A stretch of DNA of 20,000 nt from an uncultured virus (IMG/VR IMGVR_UViG_3300013120_000767) (lineage: Duplodnaviria; Heunggongvirae; Uroviricota; Caudoviricetes), in IMG/VR virus record IMGVR_UViG_3300013120_000767, positions 114,076-134,075 of that record, one strand, 5' to 3'. The notes under the pieces are model-generated. The model did no database searches. It was not told where the DNA came from and saw nothing but the letters and a program-made list of their open reading frames with translations. How positions within the stretch are numbered: position 1 is the stretch's first letter; each line of letters opens with the position of its first letter. This document shows, piece by piece, positions 13,504 to 20,000 of the stretch. The position numbers and the translations under genes were made by a program.

Positions 13504-15474
13504 ATGGAGCATGTATTCGAGGAACTGAACCCGGGGATGGAGAAGAGGGCCGACGTGCAGCAACCGCAGCCTTCGGCGGACCTGGCGGCCCCCGCCTCGC
13601 CGCCTATGGACGCTGGCCTGGTACCCCCGGGCCAGGCGGGTGTTCCCCAACACCAGCAGGGGCAGCAACCATGGGTAGGCCCCAAGGTCGGCGCCTTCCC
13701 CAACCGCCGGATGACGCTGAACATGCGGGACCACAACGCTGTCATGGCCGCAGCGTTGGAGGCCGTGGTCAACGAGTTCGACTACCTCTCGCAGTTGCCT
13801 ATGGAGCCCCGCATTGACAAGGACGAGGGGAACATCATTGTCGGCAGCGTGATGATTGCTACTCCCCAGCAGCGCAACGTGGCGGTGCCCTTCGTGGTGA
13901 ACGACGGCACCCTGGAGCCCCCTGTGGCGGTCGCCATAGACGGTGAGTACTACGCCATACCTACTACGGAGATGGGCTTTTCCCACCTGGTTGGGGCGCC
14001 GGCGCCGGTGATCGGCGCCTCCTCCAATAAGAAATTGATGCCGACTCAGCAGACCGCCCCGGACCAGGAGAACATCGCCAAGGGCCCGGACGGCGGCAAC
14101 ATCGACAACTCGGCCAACAACTCCCGCCGGGCCGTGTTGGGGGAGCTCCCCAAGCAAGCGTCCTTGTTGGATTACCTCAGTGGTACCCCTTTCGGCCGCA
14201 AAGTGAGCGACTTGCTCGCCGTGCCGGAGGAGGTAGTGCAGTTTGAGCGGGTGCCGTTTGGGGTGATGGAGAAAACAGCGTACGCCGGCGATTTCCGCCC
14301 CGCCGTGCGGGAGTTGCCGGTAGGTAAAGTGCCGGCTGCGGTGATGGACGCCTTCTCCCGTAAGCCCTTCGCCACCATCGTCAGGGACCCCGGCGTGTTC
14401 GAGTTGGAGAAGCAGGCCGCAAGGACTGTGACGCTGTACGAACGAGGTGAGTTGAGGCCTGGGATGGGCATCAAAGCTTCCCAGAACGGCAACAAGTTCA
14501 ACATGCGGGTGCTCAAGCAAATCGGGTGGGGCGACGACGACCCCGAACGGCTCGTGGCGACCTCCAGCAAGGGGGTGATTTACAGGTTGACTGAGCACCC
14601 CACCACCAAGTACGTAAAAGGGCGGGCTCCGGCGATCAAGATGACTTCGGTGGAGGACATGTGGCGGCACCCCGGCAAGAAGATGGTGGTGGTTGCCGGA
14701 AAGAACACCATCTACCGCCCGCTGGGCGTGATCAAGAAGGGACGGGTTTACCTGGGCCGCCACTTTTCCACGCACTCGATCATGGACCACCCGGAGCAAG
14801 CGGCCGATGTGGTTATTTCCTCCACGGTGGTGAAGCCGCTGCTGCTTAGCGGGCGATTGTACCTGCCCAAGGACGCCCAGGTATTCTTTGTAACGGAGGA
14901 TGCGTCCTACTTCGACATGAGCCTGGAGAAGGTAGCGTCCCGCTCCTTCCCCACCAGGCGGGTGACCGTGACCAGGAACCACTTGGGTTACTCGCTTTCC
15001 GGAATGCCTGTGGAGCACGCCGAGTGGGAAGGGGAGCCGCTGGAGAAGCAGGCTGTATCCCTGCCCGACGCTGTGTTCATCCTGGGGGCCCTGGGGGTGG
15101 GCGAGCCCACTGCTTTACAGAAGGTGGCGGCTTCCAGGAGGGGGCCGCAGGACCTCCTGGTGACCAGGACTTTGGCTACGGTGAACACTGAGTACGACGT
15201 GGACTTGGGTTTCCTCAAGTTGGCGGCGGCGCTTCCCCAGCAGCAGGACGAGCTGATGGCCCTCCAGTTGATGGGGAGTGAGACTTTGGACATGTTTGTC
15301 AAGCAGCTGCCTGCCTTGTATGCTTTGGCTGACAGCTTAGCCAAGCTCACCTTGGCGGCGCAGATCGGGCTAGAGCCGGTCGACCCCGATACCGCGTTCT
15401 TGGCGACCAAGAACGTGCAGAAGGTAGCCGACCAGTTGACCCAGCTGGATAGTATGGGGGCCGGCCAAGCATGA
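13504..15474 (+). CDS. Large hypothetical protein with repeated (E/Q)K-x-A motifs, probably an internal head protein (656 aa)
   Basis: SD GAGGT, strong GC3 bias, Pro/Gln-rich N-terminus, about ten K-x-A motifs. Confidence 0.8.
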   Translation: MEHVFEELNPGMEKRADVQQPQPSADLAAPASPPMDAGLVPPGQAGVPQHQQGQQPWVGPKVGAFPNRRMTLNMRDHNAVMAAALEAVVNEFDYLSQLPMEPRIDKDEGNIIVGSVMIATPQQRNVAVPFVVNDGTLEPPVAVAIDGEYYAIPTTEMGFSHLVGAPAPVIGASSNKKLMPTQQTAPDQENIAKGPDGGNIDNSANNSRRAVLGELPKQASLLDYLSGTPFGRKVSDLLAVPEEVVQFERVPFGVMEKTAYAGDFRPAVRELPVGKVPAAVMDAFSRKPFATIVRDPGVFELEKQAARTVTLYERGELRPGMGIKASQNGNKFNMRVLKQIGWGDDDPERLVATSSKGVIYRLTEHPTTKYVKGRAPAIKMTSVEDMWRHPGKKMVVVAGKNTIYRPLGVIKKGRVYLGRHFSTHSIMDHPEQAADVVISSTVVKPLLLSGRLYLPKDAQVFFVTEDASYFDMSLEKVASRSFPTRRVTVTRNHLGYSLSGMPVEHAEWEGEPLEKQAVSLPDAVFILGALGVGEPTALQKVAASRRGPQDLLVTRTLATVNTEYDVDLGFLKLAAALPQQQDELMALQLMGSETLDMFVKQLPALYALADSLAKLTLAAQIGLEPVDPDTAFLATKNVQKVADQLTQLDSMGAGQA

Positions 15475-16331
15475 AGTTGCCCTGCGAACGGTACCTTCTG
15501 CTCCTATTCCTGAAGGGGATGACGCAGAAGTATGTCCTACGCGTCCTGGCGCAGTTGGGGTACGTGGAGACCGACCCGTCAGAGGCCTTGGAGAGGTATG
15601 TTAAGGACCTGTATGTAAGGGTGCAACAGCCCCTGACCAACGATCGAACGGTCAGCAATTTCGTGGCCAACAACCTCTTGTCCAGGGTATGGCACGACGA
15701 TGCCATGTGCGGCACGGTCCGCGCCGTTGTGGACTCGGGGGAGCTCCGGTTTGCGGTGGAGTCCCTGCTCGCCGCAGACGGCAATCACCAGTTGGTCAGC
15801 AACGCTGTCATGGAGCTGCACCGCAAGGTCATCCCCGAGTCGGTTATCCGGATGTACTCCCACCTGGTTTGGGACTTGAAGTCCCTCTCCAGATGGGAAC
15901 TGGACATGCTGTTTGAGCTACATCGGGCGGGGACTACTTACCGAGTCCTTTACAGCATGGGGCATCAGGTGGCCCTGCTCTACTCCGGAGCGGTAGTGGA
16001 CATCGACAAGGAGGAGGAGTTGAAGTTCATGCGGGCAGCGGCGGCGGCCAAGTACCGGGAGGCGGTGGTCACCCGGGATGCGATCGCCGGCTCGGCGGCG
16101 GCGAAGCGGTGGATGCACATCTTCACTGCGGCCAATGAGCAACTGGGCCCAATGGATGTGATACGCAAACTCATTGCCCGGGTACAGCTGGTCAAGCCCA
16201 CGCGGGAGCGGATCGAAGCGGTGCCCTATACTGAACTCGAGTCCATATCCGGGCTCACTCGCGGCATTGCCATGCTGGCAGACATTACGGAGGCCCAACG
16301 TGCTAAAGAAGACGCAGAGAGCAGCCCCTGA
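15471..16331 (+). CDS. Hypothetical helical protein (286 aa)
   Basis: ATGA overlap with the upstream gene; coding-like codon bias. Confidence 0.75.
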   Translation: MKLPCERYLLLLFLKGMTQKYVLRVLAQLGYVETDPSEALERYVKDLYVRVQQPLTNDRTVSNFVANNLLSRVWHDDAMCGTVRAVVDSGELRFAVESLLAADGNHQLVSNAVMELHRKVIPESVIRMYSHLVWDLKSLSRWELDMLFELHRAGTTYRVLYSMGHQVALLYSGAVVDIDKEEELKFMRAAAAAKYREAVVTRDAIAGSAAAKRWMHIFTAANEQLGPMDVIRKLIARVQLVKPTRERIEAVPYTELESISGLTRGIAMLADITEAQRAKEDAESSP

Positions 16332-16767
16332 GGCGTTCAACAGGCTCCCTTTGTTCAATAAGGACGAGTACCTCATCAGGGACTTGACGGCGAAAGACTT
16401 CCATGTCCTCACCACCCTACCGTTCCTGGTGCGATACAAGTTGCAGAAGAGGTGGGGTATTTTTCAGTTCTACGCGGAGCAGGACATTCCGTTCCCGTTG
16501 ACGGCGGAGCAGGCGTTGCTGCGGTCGGTGGGCCCCACGCAGTTGCCTTTCTACCTGGACTGGACGATGGAAGCGTCGTCTTGGTTCCTCGCCATTTCTT
16601 TCGAGGAGCGGCCGGTGATGATGGCGAAGCAGTACTTGGACAAATTCGCAGCCAATGGTTTGCGCTTGTTGCTAGATGAGCCCATGCCTCTTCCTCAGGT
16701 CATCAGGAGGCATCGCGCCCTGGCAGCGTTGCGGAAGCGGCAGCACCAAACTAGGAGAATGGGATGA
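16300..16767 (+). CDS. Hypothetical protein (155 aa)
   Basis: Same frame as track ORF 16174..16767. Start reassigned to GTG 16300, which has GGAGG at 16289-16293 and removes most of the overlap. Confidence 0.65.
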   Translation: MLKKTQRAAPEAFNRLPLFNKDEYLIRDLTAKDFHVLTTLPFLVRYKLQKRWGIFQFYAEQDIPFPLTAEQALLRSVGPTQLPFYLDWTMEASSWFLAISFEERPVMMAKQYLDKFAANGLRLLLDEPMPLPQVIRRHRALAALRKRQHQTRRMG

Positions 16768-17555
16768 AACGACTTAGCGAGATTCAATGTGCCAATTTCG
16801 GCGACTTTCGTGACCGGGTGCGGGGCAAGCAGTTGGCCCGCGCAGCGGTTACAGCGGTGAACGCCGGCACCAAGACGGTCACGGTCACGGGGGCTACTTT
16901 CCTGGACGACGGGGTCGTCGCCGGATGTATCGTTCGGGACCTCACCACCGGCAAGGCCGCTCGGGTGGTCACGCCGGCGCAGGAGACCTTGGTCCTGGAC
17001 GAGTGGATCAACACCTTGGCTACGCAGGTCATCCAGGTCTTCTCTCCGCCCATTCTGCCGGTGGATGTCCAGGCCGTGGCGTTTGAGCGGGGGACACCGG
17101 TACTCTACGTGCGGATGGACGACGCCATTGAGCGGGAGACGGAGGTATTCAGGCAGGAGGTAGCGTGGCTCATGGCCACCGGCGCCCCTGTGGCAGCGAG
17201 GAATCGGTCCTTCCCCTTCTACGTCCCCCCCGGCAAAGCCAAGGTCACCATCGAACTACCATTCACCCACAACGCCAACATCGAGGTGCACAGGTACCAC
17301 GGCGACTGGTTGAGCCTGGCGGTGGGGGATGCGGTGCTCCTCCCCAACGTCGCCGCAGACTGGGAGCAGTGGCCGGCGGGGAAGGCACTCATCCTGGCGG
17401 CGAATCCCGTAGCAGAGGGGAGTTACGCCATGGACATGCTTGAAGACGTAATGGGGAACATCCGCTTGGTCAACCCCCACGCCGGGTGGTACAGACTCGA
17501 CAGCGCTGCTGCGGGGGCAGACAAGGTCCTTACTGTCTGCATGGAGAATGTCTAG
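16764..17555 (+). CDS. Hypothetical beta-rich protein, probably virion/tail-associated (263 aa)
   Basis: ATGA overlap, AGGAG SD, Thr/Val/Ala-rich strands (TKTVTVTGATFLDDGVVAG). Confidence 0.75.
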   Translation: MKRLSEIQCANFGDFRDRVRGKQLARAAVTAVNAGTKTVTVTGATFLDDGVVAGCIVRDLTTGKAARVVTPAQETLVLDEWINTLATQVIQVFSPPILPVDVQAVAFERGTPVLYVRMDDAIERETEVFRQEVAWLMATGAPVAARNRSFPFYVPPGKAKVTIELPFTHNANIEVHRYHGDWLSLAVGDAVLLPNVAADWEQWPAGKALILAANPVAEGSYAMDMLEDVMGNIRLVNPHAGWYRLDSAAAGADKVLTVCMENV

Positions 17556-17591
17556 GACGTACACACACACATTTTTAGAGGAGGTGGTTTC

Positions 17592-18596
17592 ATGAGGTAC
17601 ATTATTGCACTGCTTATCGTGCTTTTTTCCGCTACAGCCTACGGGCAGAACATTGGATCTGTTCGGGGTACGGACGGCACTCAGCACTACCTGGAATTTG
17701 ACCCCGTCACCGGGTGGCCCAAGGTTGAGTGCTCATCCCCGGCCGCCGGCAGCGACGCCAATGTGCACGATGGGGCGAACAACCCAATCGACAGTCGTAC
17801 CGGTGCGCTCTCTGTAGTACAGGAGGATGGTTCGGGGAACCTGGTAAGTGCGGCAACGGAGGCAACAGTTGGGACGCTCGGAACAGAAGCAACTTTGAGC
17901 ACACTTGCCCTTGAAGCCACCTTGCTCGGTGTCTGCACTGAAGCAACAGCTGCAACGCTGGCAACAGAAGCAACAGCTGCAACACTCGCAACCCAAGCTA
18001 CCCTGGCAACCATTGATACAGACACGGGAGTCATTGCAGGGGACACTACGAGCCTCGACAGCAAAACTCCTGTTATGGGCGCTGCTGCTGTGGGAGCGTC
18101 CATGCCTGTGAATATCGCACGTGGGATACTGGTTGACAGTTTGGACGCCGGGCAAGATGCAAGTTGGCTCGAACCCACAGCGCCGGGTGGGGCGGATGGG
18201 GATAAGGGCACCATTACCGTTGCCGACTTCGTGGCGGGTGGTCCAGCAGTCCCGATTCTGGGCAAGGTCTACGAAGTGCCGACCACCAAGGAGTTTCACG
18301 ACATATCAATCACCGGCATTGCGGCCGATGCTGCTAACTACCAGTTCACCTACATGGTCTTGGGCATGGACGTTTTGCCGGGGGCCTTCGCTCTTGCTGA
18401 CTACATGAGTGTGGGGTATTTGCTCGTGCCTTCGTTCACAGTGGCCAGGAACTACGCCACTATCACTGTTGCGCACTCGTTGATTCGGTCGAGGGCAAAA
18501 TACTTCATCGTTATTGTCCCGACGACCACAGTAGCTCCAGCTCAAGGTAAGCTGGTCCGCATCAAGAGCTATAACGCCAGTGACGAGGTCCTGTGA
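17592..18596 (+). CDS. Signal-peptide protein with 9-aa repeats, fibre-like (334 aa)
   Basis: SD GAGGAGGT; N-terminus MRYIIALLIVLFSATAYG|Q; six ATEATxxTL-type repeats. Confidence 0.8.
   Translation: MRYIIALLIVLFSATAYGQNIGSVRGTDGTQHYLEFDPVTGWPKVECSSPAAGSDANVHDGANNPIDSRTGALSVVQEDGSGNLVSAATEATVGTLGTEATLSTLALEATLLGVCTEATAATLATEATAATLATQATLATIDTDTGVIAGDTTSLDSKTPVMGAAAVGASMPVNIARGILVDSLDAGQDASWLEPTAPGGADGDKGTITVADFVAGGPAVPILGKVYEVPTTKEFHDISITGIAADAANYQFTYMVLGMDVLPGAFALADYMSVGYLLVPSFTVARNYATITVAHSLIRSRAKYFIVIVPTTTVAPAQGKLVRIKSYNASDEVL
17853..18014 (+). repeat. Degenerate 27-bp tandem repeat, 6 units
   Basis: Encodes ATEATVGTL GTEATLSTL ALEATLLGV CTEATAATL ATEATAATL ATQATLATI. Confidence 0.9.
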
Positions 18597-18991
18597 TGAA
18601 GAAGAGCAAAACAGCCACGATAGCAGCCTTGGGCATCGCCGGTATTCTGGGCGCTGTAGCCGTCGTAACAGCCCCGGCCGACCTGGTTGTTTCCGGCAGT
18701 GTTGATGCCGTAGAGGAAATAGGGGCAGTTGAGCAGTACACTCACTCCATCTGCTTCCTGGTAGATTCCAGGCTGGTGGTTACCGTACAGCCAAAAGACC
18801 ACGAGTGGGGACCGGCGGAAAGAGTCTCTCCTTTTGGCGTTGCCCAAGTTGAGTTGCCGGCGGGTTTCGAGCCGGATGATGTCCCTCTCCAACGGTGGGA
18901 GTATCGAGAGGGCGAAATGGTATGGGTGCCCGGAATGCCGGATACTGAACCACTGCCGGACCCGGTTGAGCCGCCTGGAGGGATGCCATGA
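18593..18991 (+). CDS. Small exported or membrane-anchored protein (about 132 aa)
   Basis: Overlapping stop/start on both sides. N-terminus MKKSKTATIAALGIAGILGAVAVVTAPA|D has a basic n-region, an h-region and an A-x-A site. Confidence 0.7.
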   Translation: MMKKSKTATIAALGIAGILGAVAVVTAPADLVVSGSVDAVEEIGAVEQYTHSICFLVDSRLVVTVQPKDHEWGPAERVSPFGVAQVELPAGFEPDDVPLQRWEYREGEMVWVPGMPDTEPLPDPVEPPGGMP

Positions 18992-20000
18992 GACGGACGG
19001 TAATCTTACTCTTGTTTCTCTGTCTGCTGCCTGTATCAGCAGCCGCCCTTACCCGCACAGTCGGAGCCGGGAAGGACTACACCTCGCTTGCTACTTGCTT
19101 TGCGGCGCTGGTGAACGGGGACACGGTAGAGACGTACGGCCCCTATACTGAATTGAACCAGTCTCTCACTACCCCGGTGGGCGTCACCGGTATCACCTGG
19201 CGTCACTATGGTGCGGACTACACGCTCGATGGGACGGGGGCGACCGCCACTTGCATGGCATGGGGAGCGGGAGCGAATACATGGGACGTGGACGTTCAGA
19301 GCACCACAGGGCGGCTGACGGTGACGGGCTACATTGGAGCCACGCCCTTCACCGTGGGGGGTACGGGGAACACCTTCGCCGGATTGAGGATGACTGCCAA
19401 CGGGGCCGTCGGTGTTGGCCAGTCCACTCTGGTGATTACAGGGACGGGCAACACGATCAGGCAAGTTCTGGTGGACTCCCCGGTAGACCCCACCAACCAG
19501 AACTGGTACGGGATCAGATGTGAGGGCAGCACCTCCACCGTGATTGAGCTGTCGATTGTTGAGGGGGCCTCCATCACCGGGGCGGGGAAAGATGCCTTTT
19601 TGATCTACGCCAATTCCACGACTGTCGCCCCTACGGTAAGGGGCTGCATCGCCCGCAATTCGTACGCCGAGGACCGCGTTTACGGCATCTATTTCACAGG
19701 GCCCTGGGCAGCTATGCCCGGCGAGTACGGCACGATCTCAGACAGCACCGTGCATGGCCTCACAGCGGATGGGCGTACCATTGGATTCGGGGCGTATGGC
19801 CGCAGTGTTCATTTCAGCAACCTGTCGGCATACGATTTCGTTTCCGTGGGAGCGGTAGACCGGGGGATTGAAATAGGAGGCACACTCGTAGACCCGGCGG
19901 CTCCGGACAGCACCATTGAGAACTGCACTATGGTCGGCGGCTCCCGGGGATTCTATATCGGGGACGTTCCCGTAGCAGGAGGACGCACCGTTCAAAACTG
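18988..20000 (+). CDS. Signal-peptide, right-handed beta-helix (pectin lyase-like/tailspike-like) protein; runs off the right edge
   Basis: Not in the ORF track. ATG 18988 (ATGA overlap, GGAGG at 18977-18981) is open to the window end: MRRTVILLLFLCLLPVSAAA|LTRTVGAGKDYTSLATCFAALVNGDTV... This has the beta-helix cap motif, and coils such as YGIRC, YGIYF, TISDSTV, TIENCTMVGGSRGFYI follow. Confidence 0.8.
   Translation, partial: MRRTVILLLFLCLLPVSAAALTRTVGAGKDYTSLATCFAALVNGDTVETYGPYTELNQSLTTPVGVTGITWRHYGADYTLDGTGATATCMAWGAGANTWDVDVQSTTGRLTVTGYIGATPFTVGGTGNTFAGLRMTANGAVGVGQSTLVITGTGNTIRQVLVDSPVDPTNQNWYGIRCEGSTSTVIELSIVEGASITGAGKDAFLIYANSTTVAPTVRGCIARNSYAEDRVYGIYFTGPWAAMPGEYGTISDSTVHGLTADGRTIGFGAYGRSVHFSNLSAYDFVSVGAVDRGIEIGGTLVDPAAPDSTIENCTMVGGSRGFYIGDVPVAGGRTVQN

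Noticed and set aside
13399..15018. 539-aa minus-strand ORF
   Set aside because: Almost entirely antisense to the 656-aa gene, with the shadow-frame composition expected in high-GC DNA.
15471..16331. 286-aa protein as terminase small subunit or sigma-like factor
   Set aside because: Helical and of plausible size, but no diagnostic motif is recognisable; needs a profile or structure search.
17561..17571. (AC)5 microsatellite upstream of the signal-peptide operon as a phase-variation switch
   Set aside because: Too short and not between recognisable promoter boxes; it could simply be an unstructured translation leader.

Overview
GC-rich, densely coded segment that looks like part of a large tailed-phage (myovirus-like) genome. 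It is mostly a plus-strand virion-gene cluster: a portal-like protein, a baseplate gp5/gpV-like protein, and two proteins rich in (E)K-x-A motifs. In the middle sits a 2012-aa single-chain RNA polymerase made of a compact bacterial-type beta fused in frame to a compact beta'. The catalytic motifs are intact (NADFDGD, GDKxxGRHGNKG, FED, trigger-loop His). By eye, it has lost the beta' N-terminal zinc-binding domain, key sigma-binding clamp residues, most rifampicin-pocket residues, part of the rim helices and the beta' C-terminal tail. Flanking structural genes carry host sigma70-like promoters, which suggests the enzyme is made late and possibly packaged. The right end has three consecutive signal-peptide genes, including a 9-aa-repeat protein and a beta-helix tailspike-like protein that runs off the window. 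The left end holds the start of a peptidoglycan-binding-domain gene and a small IS200/IS605-end-like palindromic element between two copies of a 35-bp promoter repeat. All homology calls come from motif recognition against remembered sequences, not database searches.
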